Positions 30,360 through 41,145 of a stretch of DNA of 53,374 nucleotides are shown here, in pieces. The stretch is taken from positions 1 through 53,374 of the forward strand of contig JBLHID010000003.1 of assembly GCA_047615545.1 (NCBI GenBank). Reading direction: 5' to 3'. Made by a program: the position numbers and the translations under genes. How positions within the stretch are numbered: the stretch's first letter is position 1; each line of letters begins with the position of its first letter. The stretch comes from Polaribacter sp. (lineage in GTDB: Bacteria > Pseudomonadota > Gammaproteobacteria > GCA-001735895). The notes under the pieces are model-generated. The model was not told the DNA's origin and made no database searches. It saw only the letters and a program-made list of their open reading frames with translations.

Positions 30360-30809
30360 ATGTCTGATCTCTCGATTGATATAAACTGGAAAAGAACCTC
30401 GGCTGAATTACTGCCAGGCCAATTTTCTAATGCCCATGAAGTCATCTACAATCAACAGTTCCAATTGAAGGTTGATGCAGCACCCGATTGGGGTGGTAAT
30501 GCCGAGTATACAAACCCCGAGCAAGCACTGGCTGCGGCGCTCAGTAGCTGTCACTTAATGACCTTCTTGGCGTTAGCGGCCAAAACAAAGTGGCCAGTGG
30601 CCTCTTTCAGTGATCACGCGGTGGCACATCTGGGTAAAAACGCTAAGGGTCAAATGTCAGTGACCAAAATCGATCTGCACCCAGTGGTCGAGTTTGATTC
30701 AGGCTTTGAAGTGAGTGATGAAGAGTTGAAGAAAATGCACGATAGAGCGCATCGATATTGCTTTATAGCCAACACACTCGATAGTAACGTTGAAATTAAT
30801 ATTTACTGA
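30360..30809 (+). CDS. OsmC/Ohr family protein
   Basis: NPEQALAAALSSCHLMTFL and AHRYCFIAN (both conserved Cys). Start at ATG 30360. Confidence 0.9.
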   Translation: MSDLSIDINWKRTSAELLPGQFSNAHEVIYNQQFQLKVDAAPDWGGNAEYTNPEQALAAALSSCHLMTFLALAAKTKWPVASFSDHAVAHLGKNAKGQMSVTKIDLHPVVEFDSGFEVSDEELKKMHDRAHRYCFIANTLDSNVEINIY

Positions 30810-30862
30810 TTGCAAACCAGGATTCAATACCCTTAGCAAACCAATATAGCGAGGTAGAAGTC

Positions 30863-31693
30863 ATGAGTAACAACGAAGCTAATGCCAAACCTGTGAATGA
30901 AAATGATCTGGTGCTTCAAGAGGTCAACGAAGGTGGCATTTTACGTGTCACCATGAATGATATGAAACGCCGCAATGCGTTGTCAGAAGAAATGCTGGCA
31001 GCACTGGCAAATGCCTTGCAGTTGGCTGAAAAAGACCGTTCTGTACGCGTTATTATTCTCGCCGCAAAGGGTCCTGCATTTTGTGCAGGGCACGACTTAA
31101 AGCAAATGACTGCCGGTCGTGCCAATGCAGATAATGGCCGAGCCTATTTCGCTCAGGTACTCGCTACGTGTTCGGCATTAATGCAATCAATCGTAAACCA
31201 CACAAAGCCAATCATTGCAGAAGTCACCGGCGTGGCGACGGCGGCCGGTTGCCAACTGGTTGCCAGTTGCGATTTAGCGTTAGCGGCAGATTCAGCATTG
31301 TTCAGTACGCCCGGCGTCCATATTGGATTGTTTTGTTCAACGCCAATGGTAGCCTTGTCACGCAATGTCTCGAACAAAGCAGCAATGGAAATGCTGCTAA
31401 CGGGTGAGATGGTGAGTGCGACAAAAGCCGAGCACATTGGCCTCATCAATCGAGTCGTATCGGACGAAAATTTAACTGAGGCGACAATGGCGATGGCGGC
31501 AAAAATAGCATCCAAATCGACCATGACCCTAGCTACCGGCAAGCAAGCCTTTTACCAACAGCGAGAAATGGCACTGGCTGAAGCCTATGACTTTGCATCT
31601 CAGGTGATGGTTGACAACCTATTAAAACACGATGCAGAAGAGGGCATTAATGCCTTTATCGAAAAGCGTTCTGCACGATGGCAGGACAAATAA
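30863..31693 (+). CDS. Enoyl-CoA hydratase/isomerase family protein (ECHDC3-like)
   Basis: RNALS, FCAGHDLK, ATAAGCQLVASCDL and TPGVHIGLFCSTP motifs. Confidence 0.92.
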   Translation: MSNNEANAKPVNENDLVLQEVNEGGILRVTMNDMKRRNALSEEMLAALANALQLAEKDRSVRVIILAAKGPAFCAGHDLKQMTAGRANADNGRAYFAQVLATCSALMQSIVNHTKPIIAEVTGVATAAGCQLVASCDLALAADSALFSTPGVHIGLFCSTPMVALSRNVSNKAAMEMLLTGEMVSATKAEHIGLINRVVSDENLTEATMAMAAKIASKSTMTLATGKQAFYQQREMALAEAYDFASQVMVDNLLKHDAEEGINAFIEKRSARWQDK

Positions 31694-31694
31694 C

Positions 31695-33326
31695 GTGACT
31701 AACCCATACAATACAGACCTAGATCGAAATCCGGCTAACTTTCAACCTCTAACACCACTCACTTTTCTTGAGCGAGCTGCCAGTGTTTTCCCCAAGCAAG
31801 TTGCGATTATTCACGGACAGCAACGTCTCAACTATGAGGGTTTCTATAGACGGTCACGGCAGCTTGCATCGTCGTTAGCAAAGCAAGGTATTGGGCGTGG
31901 CGACACAGTGTCAGCCATGCTCGCGAACACCCCAGCCATGTTGGAGGCGCATTATGGAGTGCCCATGTGTGGTGGTGTTTTACACTCGATCAATAGCCGA
32001 CTCGACCCGAAAGTAATTGCGCTTCAACTGGAACATGCTGAGGCCAAGGTTCTCATTGTTGACCGTGAGTTTGTAGATACTATCGAAGCAGCATTGGCGC
32101 TTACCAGTGCGAACCCGTTAATAATAGAATATAACGATGTCGAGTATCCGCAGTTAAGTGGGATAACCAATGCAATTGATTACGAGCATTTCGTTTCTCA
32201 AGGTGACGCCGATTTTAAATGGCTAATGCCAGAAGATGAATGGGACGCAATATCAGTCAGCTATACCTCGGGCACAACCGGCGACCCGAAGGGTGTTGTC
32301 TATCATCACCGAGGCGCGTATCTGTTGGCGCAAGGCAATGCACTCACTGCGTCAATGCCAAAGCACTCGGTATATTTATGGACTCTACCCATGTTTCATT
32401 GCAATGGTTGGTGCTTTCCGTGGACCATGTCAGCGATTAGCGGCACACATGTTTGCCTGCGCTGGGTCAAGTCCAAGGCCATGTGGGACGCATTGGCTGA
32501 TCATCACGTTACTCATCTTTGCGGCGCGCCTGTCGTTATGTCAACTCTGCTATCAGCAGAGCTGGCTGACAAGCGGGAGCTAGATCATGTGGTAGATTTC
32601 TTTACCGCCGCTGCGCCACCTCCAGAGCGCATTTTAGCCGATATGAAATTAGCGGGATTCAATGTGACTCATCTTTATGGTTTAACAGAAACCTATGGTC
32701 CTGCAGTTGTTAATGATTGGCACGCCGAGTGGGATGGCTTGGATAGTGCGGCTCAAGCATCGCTCAAAGCGAGACAAGGCGTACGCTATCTTCCCCTGGA
32801 AGGGCTGGATATTTTTGACGCGAATGACATGACCCCTGTGCCAAATGATGGCGTTACGATTGGTGAGATTATGTTTCGCGGCAATGTTGTTATGAAAGGT
32901 TACCTTAAAAACAAAAAAGCCTCTGACGAGGCGTTTTCTGGTGGATGGTTTCACTCAGGCGACTTAGGCGTCATGTATCCTGACGGCTACATTCAAATCA
33001 AAGATCGCTCAAAAGATATTATCATCTCCGGCGGCGAGAATATCTCATCAATAGAAATTGAAAACGTCCTATACCAACACCCGGCAGTTTCAGTTGCTGC
33101 AGTGGTAGCCATGCCCAGCGAAAAATGGGGAGAAACGCCCTGTGCCTTCGTAGAATTCAGGCCAGATCAAATCGTGACCGAAGCCGAATTGAGGCAATGG
33201 TGCAAGAATGGTCTAGCGTCCTTCAAAGTACCAAGCAAATTTATATTCACTGATATCCCCAAAACATCGACAGGAAAAATTCAGAAATTTGCACTGCGTA
33301 ATAAACTAAAAAGTAGTGCTGAATAA
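31695..33326 (+). CDS. Acyl-CoA synthetase (DmdB-like / medium-chain CoA ligase)
   Basis: NPANFQPLTPLTFLERAA, YTSGTTGDPKG, YGLTETYGP, GWFHSGDLG and PKTSTGKIQK. Start is GTG 31695, just after the upstream stop. Confidence 0.92.
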   Translation: MTNPYNTDLDRNPANFQPLTPLTFLERAASVFPKQVAIIHGQQRLNYEGFYRRSRQLASSLAKQGIGRGDTVSAMLANTPAMLEAHYGVPMCGGVLHSINSRLDPKVIALQLEHAEAKVLIVDREFVDTIEAALALTSANPLIIEYNDVEYPQLSGITNAIDYEHFVSQGDADFKWLMPEDEWDAISVSYTSGTTGDPKGVVYHHRGAYLLAQGNALTASMPKHSVYLWTLPMFHCNGWCFPWTMSAISGTHVCLRWVKSKAMWDALADHHVTHLCGAPVVMSTLLSAELADKRELDHVVDFFTAAAPPPERILADMKLAGFNVTHLYGLTETYGPAVVNDWHAEWDGLDSAAQASLKARQGVRYLPLEGLDIFDANDMTPVPNDGVTIGEIMFRGNVVMKGYLKNKKASDEAFSGGWFHSGDLGVMYPDGYIQIKDRSKDIIISGGENISSIEIENVLYQHPAVSVAAVVAMPSEKWGETPCAFVEFRPDQIVTEAELRQWCKNGLASFKVPSKFIFTDIPKTSTGKIQKFALRNKLKSSAE

Positions 33327-33336
33327 AAATCTAATT

Positions 33337-33376
33337 GATGCCGCAATAGCGGAAAATGTATTTTTAGAGGCGGCCT
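33337..33376 (+). repeat. Solo MITE end (same family as 46913-47115)
   Basis: GATGCCGCAATAGCGGAAAATGTATTTTTAGAGGC closely matches GACGCCGCAATCGTGGAAAAAGTGTATTTTTAGAGGC at 47075-47111. Confidence 0.75.
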
Positions 33377-33589
33377 TTACGCCAAAGGGCAGCTACCAGC
33401 GTCCATTTCCCTCTTGCCATTCTGAAGGTTTCAAAGCTTTTACTTTTGTCTGGCTATCGATGCTAGTGCAATCGGCACCTAATTATTCAGCAACAGACTA
33501 GTCACTTTGCTCAGGAATTTCTTATAGCTGGGCTTATGTCTTGCTGATATTGATCAGATGAGGAGTTTCAAGAGAAAAAGATAAAAACA

Positions 33590-33621
33590 CATATACATAT
33601 ATGCATATGGGGCTTATAATC
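33590..33621 (+). promoter_or_regulatory. 20-bp palindromic operator plus -10 box of ahcY
   Basis: Near-perfect palindrome CATATACATATATGCATATG (33590-33609) with TATAAT at 33616-33621. Confidence 0.65.
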
Positions 33622-33785
33622 ACCGTCGTCAAATTTTAGTTTCATAACCCCTGCTAACATTAAAGCTTGACCATGTAACGATTGAATTTAGATGCCGCAG
33701 ATTGATAGCAGAAAACTTGTCTCCTATAATCTGTGTCAAACTTTAACTGAATCCACTTAATATTGAGAATTTACGGAGTAATAGA

Positions 33786-35195
33786 ATGAGTACAGCAGCA
33801 GCAACACCCATAAACGATGATGCAAAAAACGATTACAAAGTAGCCGATATATCTCTCGCCGATTTCGGTCGCCGCGAAGTAACGCTAGCCGAAGCTGAGA
33901 TGCCAGCACTAATGACGCTTCGTAAAAGATACTCAGGAGAGAAACCACTCGCAAGCGCGAAGATTATCGGTTGTATCCATATGACAGTGCAAACAGCCGT
34001 TCTTATAGAGACGCTAGTCGAATTAGGCGCCGAGGTACGTTGGTCGTCGTGTAACATCTTCTCTACACAAGATCATGCTGCTGCCTGTATCGCAGCATCG
34101 GGCATCGCGGTTTATGCGTGGAAAGGCCAATCTAACGAAGAAAGCGAATGGTGCATCGAACAGACGATCCTAAAAGACGGGCAGCCATGGGATTGCAACA
34201 TGATCTTGGACGATGGTGGTGATCTTACCGGCATGGTTCACAACAAGTACCCAGCGATGTTAGACAAAATTCACGGCATTACCGAAGAGACTACTACGGG
34301 TGTGCATCGTCTACTCGAGATGATGGAAGCGGGCGAATTGAAAGTACCTGCAATTAATGTCAACGACTCTGTTACTAAGTCAAAGAACGACAATAAATAC
34401 GGTTGTCGCCACAGCCTTAATGACGGCATCAAGCGCGGCACAGACATGTTGCTCTCAGGCAAGAAAGCACTTGTGATCGGTTATGGCGACGTTGGTAAAG
34501 GCTCTGCACAAAGCTTGAACCAAGAAGGCATGATCGTAAAGATCGCTGAGATCGATCCAATCTGCGCTATGCAGGCGTGCATGGATGGCTACGAGGTCGT
34601 ATCGCCTTACATCGACGGTGTTAATACTCGCAGTGCCGCCGGTATCGATACCGCGCTACTTGGCAAGACCGATCTTATTGTGACTACGACAGGAAACGTT
34701 GACGTATGTGACAAGTTTATGTTGGCAGCGGCTAAAGCCGGCTCAGTGATCTGTAACATTGGTCACTTTGACAACGAGATCGACACCCAGTTTATGCGTG
34801 ACAAGTGGACTTGGGAAGAAGTGAAACCACAGGTGCACAAGATCTTCCGTAACGGTCCGGACAACCAAGACGATTATTTGATCCTTCTTTCCGAAGGCCG
34901 CTTGATCAACTTGGGCAATGCAACCGGTCACCCATCACGGATCATGGATGGGTCGTTTGCGAATCAGGTGCTCGCACAGATGCATATGTTTGCCGACAAG
35001 TTCGCCGATCAGTCGGACGAGTTTAAAAAGGACAATATCACCGTAACCGTATTACCTAAAGAGCTCGACGAAGAAGTCGCTGCGCTGATGGTTAAGGGTT
35101 TTGGTGGTGTCATGACGAAGCTTACCGATGACCAGGCTAAATACATCAACGTGAAAGTGACAGGCCCTTATAAGTCAGAAACCTACAAGTATTAA
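33786..35195 (+). CDS. ahcY: Adenosylhomocysteinase
   Basis: [40 protein letters not shown] and [10 protein letters not shown] motifs. Confidence 0.99.
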   Translation: MSTAAATPINDDAKNDYKVADISLADFGRREVTLAEAEMPALMTLRKRYSGEKPLASAKIIGCIHMTVQTAVLIETLVELGAEVRWSSCNIFSTQDHAAACIAASGIAVYAWKGQSNEESEWCIEQTILKDGQPWDCNMILDDGGDLTGMVHNKYPAMLDKIHGITEETTTGVHRLLEMMEAGELKVPAINVNDSVTKSKNDNKYGCRHSLNDGIKRGTDMLLSGKKALVIGYGDVGKGSAQSLNQEGMIVKIAEIDPICAMQACMDGYEVVSPYIDGVNTRSAAGIDTALLGKTDLIVTTTGNVDVCDKFMLAAAKAGSVICNIGHFDNEIDTQFMRDKWTWEEVKPQVHKIFRNGPDNQDDYLILLSEGRLINLGNATGHPSRIMDGSFANQVLAQMHMFADKFADQSDEFKKDNITVTVLPKELDEEVAALMVKGFGGVMTKLTDDQAKYINVKVTGPYKSETYKY

Positions 35196-35220
35196 TCTGG
35201 CTTCATAGCTCAGTATCATT

Positions 35221-35258
35221 TTTCCTCACCGCGCCAGCGAGCCGGTGAGGAGAATTTT
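35221..35258 (+). terminator. Terminator-like hairpin after ahcY
   Basis: TCCTCACCG...CGGTGAGGA stem followed by GAATTTT. Confidence 0.55.
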
Positions 35259-35300
35259 GATACGCATCGCTCTGACCAACCCACTGGTCATGAGATTAGT

Positions 35301-35366
35301 GTAGGCTGGAAAAATTCACAGAATCCTGTTCCTTACCGACACCCCTGTCGGCAAAGCCTCACCTAC
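35301..35366. repeat. Degenerate REPIN-like inverted REP pair
   Basis: Begins GTAGG and ends CCTAC, with a central CCGACA-CCCC-TGTCGG hairpin. The reverse strand reads GTAGGTGAGGCTTTGCCGAC. Confidence 0.45.
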
Positions 35367-35437
35367 GCATCAACACAATATTTAGCCAGAATAATAGGCT
35401 GCTGAACTTTCTTTCTAATCAGCAAAAATGAATAAGC

Positions 35438-36337
35438 TCAATCACGAGTCAATATATCGTGAACGTCTTGGTATTTTTGCTGGGTTTTGTCGATGATGTC
35501 CTGCGGAATACTCGGCGCTGGTGGTGTCTTGTCCCAATCGAGTGTTTCTAGATAATCACGAATAAATTGTTTGTCGTAGCTGGGTGGGCTCATGCCTTTT
35601 TGATATTGATCGGCGGGCCAGTATCGAGATGAGTCTGGCGTCAGTATCTCGTCAATCAAGACAAGCTGATTATTTTCATCAACGCCGAATTCAAATTTGG
35701 TGTCGGCAATAATAATACCTCGCTCACGGGCATAATCTGCAGCCATTTTATAGAGTGCAATACTAACGTCTTTAACCTGATTGGCCATATCTTCACCGAT
35801 AAGCTCAACTGCATCATCAAAGCTGATGTTGATATCGTGATCCCCTACGGCTGCTTTGCTAGACGGCGTGAAAATAGGCTCGGCTAGTTGTTCGGCTTGC
35901 TGTAAACCAACTGGCAATTTGATGCCGCATAATTCACCAGTGGCTTGGTAGTCTTTCCAGCCCGAACCAATGATGTAGCCTCGAACGATAGCCTCGACAG
36001 GCAATGTTTTGAGGCGTTTAACTATGGTCGACCTTGACTGAAGTTGCGGTAAGTCTTCTGCAGAAACATAATCTTCAAGGCGTAAGTTACTGAGATGGTT
36101 TCGAATGATATGGCCGGTGCGTGCAAACCAGAAATTAGAAACCTGGGTCAATAACGCACCTTTGTTCGGGATGGTTTGTGAAAATACGACATCGAATGCC
36201 GATAGCCGATCGGTTGATACGATAAGCATGTGTTCTTCGTCAATACGGTAGATATCACGCACTTTGCCTCGGGCTATTAATTCGAGGTTTTCGATATTAG
36301 TTTCAAATACTGCTGAGGTGGTGTTTTTCGCGTTCAT
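35438..36337 (-). CDS. purC: SAICAR synthetase
   Basis: RGKVRDIY, STDRLSAFD, IADTKFEFG and DEILTPDSSRYW motifs. Confidence 0.98.
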   Translation of the reverse strand: MNAKNTTSAVFETNIENLELIARGKVRDIYRIDEEHMLIVSTDRLSAFDVVFSQTIPNKGALLTQVSNFWFARTGHIIRNHLSNLRLEDYVSAEDLPQLQSRSTIVKRLKTLPVEAIVRGYIIGSGWKDYQATGELCGIKLPVGLQQAEQLAEPIFTPSSKAAVGDHDINISFDDAVELIGEDMANQVKDVSIALYKMAADYARERGIIIADTKFEFGVDENNQLVLIDEILTPDSSRYWPADQYQKGMSPPSYDKQFIRDYLETLDWDKTPPAPSIPQDIIDKTQQKYQDVHDILTRD

Positions 36338-36536
36338 TGTTGTCTATGCTTTCTATAGTTTTCGGGATAATCAATAAGATAAAGAAGAGGTGCTGGTTAG
36401 AGCTTACAGGGTAGGTCTAAAGAGGACGAATAGTAGCATAAGGAATGACGATATTCAGTCCATCTAAAGGGAGTGGTTATTTCTTTTGGAAAAGGGGTAT
36501 ACTCGTTCGCTTTTTCTAAACGACACGGAGATCACC

Positions 36537-37031
36537 ATGTCGAAATTGAAGGTAGCAGTAGTAATGGGTAGTGACAGCGATTGGCCTGTCATGCAGTTTG
36601 CCGTCGAATATCTGGAACGGTTTGGCATCGAATACGAAGCCAAGGTGGTATCAGCGCATCGCACGCCAGATTTACTCACTGATTTTGGGAAGGCCGCTCG
36701 TGAAAATGGCTTTAGTTGTATTATCGCTGGCGCTGGTGGCGCAGCACATTTGCCCGGTATGTTGGCGGCGAACACGACCATCCCTGTGTTGGGTGTGCCG
36801 GTGCCGAGTGAACATTTAAAAGGGCAAGATTCCTTATTGTCTATCGTACAAATGCCGAAAGGTATTCCTGTTGCCACGTTTGCTATCGGTAAAGCGGGTT
36901 CAATCAACGCCGCACTGTTTGCCGTGTCGATGTTGTCAGTATTTGATCCTGAGATCGCCGACAAGCTCGAAGCATTTCGTCAGCAGCAAAAGAATGCCGT
37001 ATTAGAAATGACCTTACCTCCGGTAAATTAA
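36537..37031 (+). CDS. purE: N5-CAIR mutase
   Basis: [23 protein letters not shown] and [20 protein letters not shown] lies before ATG 36537. Confidence 0.98.
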   Translation: MSKLKVAVVMGSDSDWPVMQFAVEYLERFGIEYEAKVVSAHRTPDLLTDFGKAARENGFSCIIAGAGGAAHLPGMLAANTTIPVLGVPVPSEHLKGQDSLLSIVQMPKGIPVATFAIGKAGSINAALFAVSMLSVFDPEIADKLEAFRQQQKNAVLEMTLPPVN

Positions 37032-38170
37032 TGATGTCGACCGCAATACTGCCAAGCACAACACTGGGTATGCTGGGTGGTGGTCAACTGGGCCGCATGT
37101 TTGTTAGTGCCGCCAGAACGATGGGCTATGAAGTGATTGTGCTTGATCCTGCCGCGAACAGCCCCGCCGGTAGTATGGCAAGTGAGCATTTGCAGGCGAG
37201 CTACGATGATCGCGAAGCGCTTGACTATATGTCTAAGCATTGTGCGGCTATTAGTACAGAATTTGAAAACATCCCTGCTGATACACTCGAATATCTTGCG
37301 AACTCGGTGCCGGTCCATCCGTCTGCCAGCGCCTTAAGAATCGCCCAAAATCGCTATAGTGAAAAAACCTTTTTCCAATCTTTGGGCTTGAGTGTTGCCG
37401 GGTTTTTAGCGATAGAGTCTGAGCTTGATGTCGAGCACGCTAAGGGCTTTAGTTTCCCTGCTATCTTAAAAACGAATACCCTTGGTTACGACGGTAAAGG
37501 GCAGGTCGTTTGTCATAACCACGATGATTTGATAGCTGCATTTTCCCAGATTGGATCAATATCCTGTGTACTCGAAAAACGTATCGACCTAGCAAAGGAA
37601 GTCTCGGTCGTATTATGTCGCAGCCAGACTGGTGAAGTTGATTGTTTTCCATTGGCTGAAAATCAACATAGCAATGGCATTCTCGATACTTCAATTGTGC
37701 CCGCTAATTTGTCGCCGGAAATGGCAGTAGAGGTGACTGACGCAGCAACAAAAATAGCGCATGGTTTAGATTATTGTGGCGTTTTGGCGGTTGAGTTTTT
37801 TATCTCGTCAGATAACGAGATTTTAATCAACGAAATGGCGCCACGCCCACATAACTCCGGTCATTACACATTAGATGCCTGCTTTACCTCTCAGTTTGAG
37901 CAACAGGTGCGTATGATGTGTGGCCTTTCGGCTGGCAATAGTGCGCTACACACGCCCGTCGCTATGTGGAATGTGCTAGGTGATATTTGGCCTGACGCGG
38001 CTTCGCCGAATTGGGATGATTTGCTGCAACACGGTAAGGCAAAATTGCATCTATATGGAAAAGCCGAAGCTAGGCCCGGTCGAAAAATGGGGCACGTCAA
38101 TTTTCTAGGCGATAGCACGGTTCACGCACTTGAATTACTCGCTCTCACCAAACAAAAGCTAGTCAAGTAG
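37031..38170 (+). CDS. purK: N5-CAIR synthetase
   Basis: LGMLGGGQLGRM, GYDGKGQ, NEMAPRPHNSGH and HLYGK..RPGRKMGH motifs. Confidence 0.98.
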   Translation: MMSTAILPSTTLGMLGGGQLGRMFVSAARTMGYEVIVLDPAANSPAGSMASEHLQASYDDREALDYMSKHCAAISTEFENIPADTLEYLANSVPVHPSASALRIAQNRYSEKTFFQSLGLSVAGFLAIESELDVEHAKGFSFPAILKTNTLGYDGKGQVVCHNHDDLIAAFSQIGSISCVLEKRIDLAKEVSVVLCRSQTGEVDCFPLAENQHSNGILDTSIVPANLSPEMAVEVTDAATKIAHGLDYCGVLAVEFFISSDNEILINEMAPRPHNSGHYTLDACFTSQFEQQVRMMCGLSAGNSALHTPVAMWNVLGDIWPDAASPNWDDLLQHGKAKLHLYGKAEARPGRKMGHVNFLGDSTVHALELLALTKQKLVK

Positions 38171-38359
38171 TGACCCAGAATCTCCTGCGGTTTAACAATC
38201 AGGAGACTCGATGCTTTCAAGGACTTCTCTCAAAATAGCCATCACCCCTAAAATATATATAGGTGGTTAGCAAGATGGTTCAGTAGGTTGACATGAAAAA
38301 CCACTGCATGGTGTCAATTGCAGGGGCCTAAACTAACATCCTATCGACCATTAGACGGA

Positions 38360-38965
38360 TTATTTTCCCTGCTTGATGCCCCTCGCAACAGTATACGTCT
38401 TGCCCTGTTTTATCTTTTCATAATGCCCAAAAACTTCGTTAAAGCCCCGTTTGAAGAATTGGCGTAGGCCCGTGATGGTGACAATATAAAATGAACCACC
38501 AGGTTTTAGATATTCAAGCGCATCGAATAAATAGATATACAACATTTCTTTGCCGACTTTAGCTGGAATATTAGAGACGATAATATCAAAACTTTGTTTT
38601 GGAATGTGAGCGAAGCCATTGCTCAGCAAACAATTGGCGTTATCTAGTTTATTCAAAACGCGATTCTTTTCAGAGTATTCAACCGCAATGAAGTCCTTGT
38701 CGACTAACAGGGTATGGCCATTGGGTGCCAGTTTGGCCATGGTTAAACCCAGAACACCGTAACCACAACCCATATCGAGACAATCGTCGGCTGGATCTAT
38801 ATCCAGAAAGTCGAGCAGCATTTGAGAGCCGTTATCAATCGCTCGTGGCGAAAATAGTCCCCAAGTGGTTTTAAATTTCAAAGCGTGTTTATTGCTGTCG
38901 CTGGGGATATTTAAATCCTGTCGAATCGTTTTGTTGTAGTCTTTCAGATCTTTCAAGTCGGTCAT
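38360..38965 (-). CDS. Class I SAM-dependent methyltransferase (MTS/RsmC-like small family)
   Basis: TTWGLFSPRAIDNGS, LDMGCGYG and IVSNIP motifs. Confidence 0.85.
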   Translation of the reverse strand: MTDLKDLKDYNKTIRQDLNIPSDSNKHALKFKTTWGLFSPRAIDNGSQMLLDFLDIDPADDCLDMGCGYGVLGLTMAKLAPNGHTLLVDKDFIAVEYSEKNRVLNKLDNANCLLSNGFAHIPKQSFDIIVSNIPAKVGKEMLYIYLFDALEYLKPGGSFYIVTITGLRQFFKRGFNEVFGHYEKIKQGKTYTVARGIKQGK

Positions 38966-39154
38966 ATTAGGTACGGTTCAGTGTTGGTTCAGCAGCGTTT
39001 CGTATCCTTTACATCAGTGAATGGCTTTGCCACAATGTATTGGATTTTTCGTCGCCATTATATATCGCTTTATTTAGGCATTTTACTTTATCGTTTTACT
39101 TTATAGTTATTATCTAATGGCATACTAAAATTTACTACTCCGGAGTTTAGAAAA

Positions 39155-39457
39155 ATGAAGTTTATTGCAATAATTGTTTGTTCGTTGTCAGTTTTGCTTA
39201 GCGGTGCGGCTTACGCCGATGTTGCTGCTGGTCAGTCGGCTTATGCCGCAAAAGGTTGCATTGGTTGTCATGGTGCTGGTGGGAAAGGTGCAGGCGCTAA
39301 TCCTGTATTAAAAGGGCGCGATGCTGCCTATATTATGAAAAACCTGATTGATTTCCGTAGTGGAGCTCGCAAAAACGCGACTATGAATGCGATGTCCGCT
39401 GGCTTGAGCGATGCCGACATTAAAAATCTGTCTGACTACATCGGCAGTCTTAAATAA
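39155..39457 (+). CDS. Monoheme class I cytochrome c (c553/c4-like)
   Basis: Signal peptide, CIGCH heme motif and Met ligand in NATMNAM. Confidence 0.93.
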   Translation: MKFIAIIVCSLSVLLSGAAYADVAAGQSAYAAKGCIGCHGAGGKGAGANPVLKGRDAAYIMKNLIDFRSGARKNATMNAMSAGLSDADIKNLSDYIGSLK

Positions 39458-39677
39458 ATAATTGAACCAAAGAACGTAAAAGCCGGTAAAAACCAGCTCT
39501 ATGTTCAGGATGAACGGGTCGTGCTTTGTCATCAGCCAAAATCGATCAAGAAAAAATTGTCTTTGTAGAGCTGCCCTACGGTGTAAGAGAAACTAATCGT
39601 AGCGGTCAGCTTCACTGGGCTGAAATAGGTATTAAAATCGTGTACATTGCGAGTCACATTGACGCCTCGGAATACTC

Positions 39678-40391
39678 ATGCCAGATCCCCTAAAGACAGA
39701 CTTCCAAATTGCACCTTCGATATTAGCCGCCGACTTCGCTCGCCTAGGAGAGGAGGTCGATAATGTCCTTAGCGCTGGCGCTGATATTGTTCATTTCGAT
39801 GTAATGGATAATCACTATGTACCAAACCTCACTATTGGCCCGATGGTTTGCGATGCATTGCGCAATCACGGCGTTACCGCGCCGATTGATGTTCACTTGA
39901 TGGTAAAGCCCGTTGATCGAATCATTCCTGATTTTGCCAAGGCAGGTGCCAGTTATATTACCTTTCACCCCGAAGCATCAGATCATGTTGACCGTAGTTT
40001 AGGTTTGGTGCGTGACTGTGGCTGTAAAACGGGGTTAGTTTTTAACCCTGCAACACCGCTCTCTTATCTTGAATATGTGATGGATAAGGTTGACATGATT
40101 CTGTTGATGTCAGTTAACCCTGGCTTTGGTGGGCAGAGTTTTATTCCCGCCACGTTGGATAAATTAAAGCAGGTCCGAAAGTTGATCGATCAGTCGGGGC
40201 GCAATATTCGACTTGAAGTCGATGGCGGCGTTAAGACGGACAATATTCGATTGATTGCCGAAGCTGGTGCAGATACTTTCGTACTTGGTTCGGGGATTTT
40301 TGGCCATGCACAGCAAAGCGATGCCAATCGATACGATAGTATCATCGCCAAAGTGAGAGCAGAGCTTACTCTAGTCAATAGTCAGGTCTGA
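39678..40391 (+). CDS. rpe: Ribulose-phosphate 3-epimerase
   Basis: [30 protein letters not shown] and EVDGG motifs. Confidence 0.99.
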   Translation: MPDPLKTDFQIAPSILAADFARLGEEVDNVLSAGADIVHFDVMDNHYVPNLTIGPMVCDALRNHGVTAPIDVHLMVKPVDRIIPDFAKAGASYITFHPEASDHVDRSLGLVRDCGCKTGLVFNPATPLSYLEYVMDKVDMILLMSVNPGFGGQSFIPATLDKLKQVRKLIDQSGRNIRLEVDGGVKTDNIRLIAEAGADTFVLGSGIFGHAQQSDANRYDSIIAKVRAELTLVNSQV

Positions 40392-40393
40392 GT

Positions 40394-41089
40394 TTGTTTC
40401 AAAACACTAAAGCGGTATTAATTGACCTCGACGGCACGTTGGTTGATAGCGCGCCAGACCTAGCCTATGGCATTGATCAAATGATGCTGCAATTAGCAAT
40501 GCCGGCCCGAGGCGTTGATGCCGTCACCAACTGGGTTGGTAATGGGGTCGAACGCTTGGTCAAGCGAGCGTTAGTCAATTCGATGATTGACGAACCAAGT
40601 GATGCGTTATTCCAAAAAGCGATGCCACTGTTCGAGGCAGCCTATGCAGCCAGTAATGGAAAGCACAGCTATCTCTATGATGGGGTTGAGACGGGTTTAA
40701 ACTATCTACAGCAGCAGGGCTATCGGCTCGGTTGCGTAACAAATAAGCCCATTGCATTCACTCAACCTTTGTTGTCTATGATGGGCATCGCCGATTTCTT
40801 TGATGTCACCATTGGTGGCGATCAGGTCGAAAGAAGAAAGCCCGACCCACAACCACTTTTAATGGCTGCAGAAAAATTACGGGTCGATCCCAAGGAGGCT
40901 GTGATGGTTGGGGATTCTATCAGTGACGTTATGGCGGCTCGCGCTGCTGGAATGCCAATTATCTGTGTCAGTTATGGCTATAACCACGGGCAGGCCATTT
41001 ATGGACAGGAAGGACGTGGACAAGAAAGGCATAGCCACCATCCTGATGCTGTGATAGATTCTTTGGCCGAACTCAAAACACTGATCTAA
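40394..41089 (+). CDS. gph: Phosphoglycolate phosphatase
   Basis: HAD motifs DLDGTLVDS, VTNKP, KPDP and MVGDS, in the rpe-gph-trpE context. Confidence 0.93.
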   Translation: MFQNTKAVLIDLDGTLVDSAPDLAYGIDQMMLQLAMPARGVDAVTNWVGNGVERLVKRALVNSMIDEPSDALFQKAMPLFEAAYAASNGKHSYLYDGVETGLNYLQQQGYRLGCVTNKPIAFTQPLLSMMGIADFFDVTIGGDQVERRKPDPQPLLMAAEKLRVDPKEAVMVGDSISDVMAARAAGMPIICVSYGYNHGQAIYGQEGRGQERHSHHPDAVIDSLAELKTLI

Positions 41090-41091
41090 CT

Positions 41092-41145
41092 ATGATCCAG
41101 CAAGGTCAAAACAGCAAGGTATGTAACATCCCCTGGCGATGGTAA
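41092..41145 (+). CDS. trpL: trp attenuator leader peptide MIQQGQNSKVCNIPWRW*
   Basis: 17-codon ORF ending TGG CGA TGG TAA, 67 nt upstream of trpE. Not in the ORF track. Confidence 0.75.
   Translation: MIQQGQNSKVCNIPWRW

Noticed and set aside
33622-33785. SAH or SAM riboswitch upstream of ahcY
   Set aside because: No GAGGAGCGCTGC-type SAH core is recognisable. Only a weak hairpin is present.
36464-36964. 166-aa antisense ORF, and similar shadow ORFs over tkt, pgk, pyk, gcdH, trp genes and coq7
   Set aside because: These are antisense or alternate-frame shadows of conserved genes with no family motifs.
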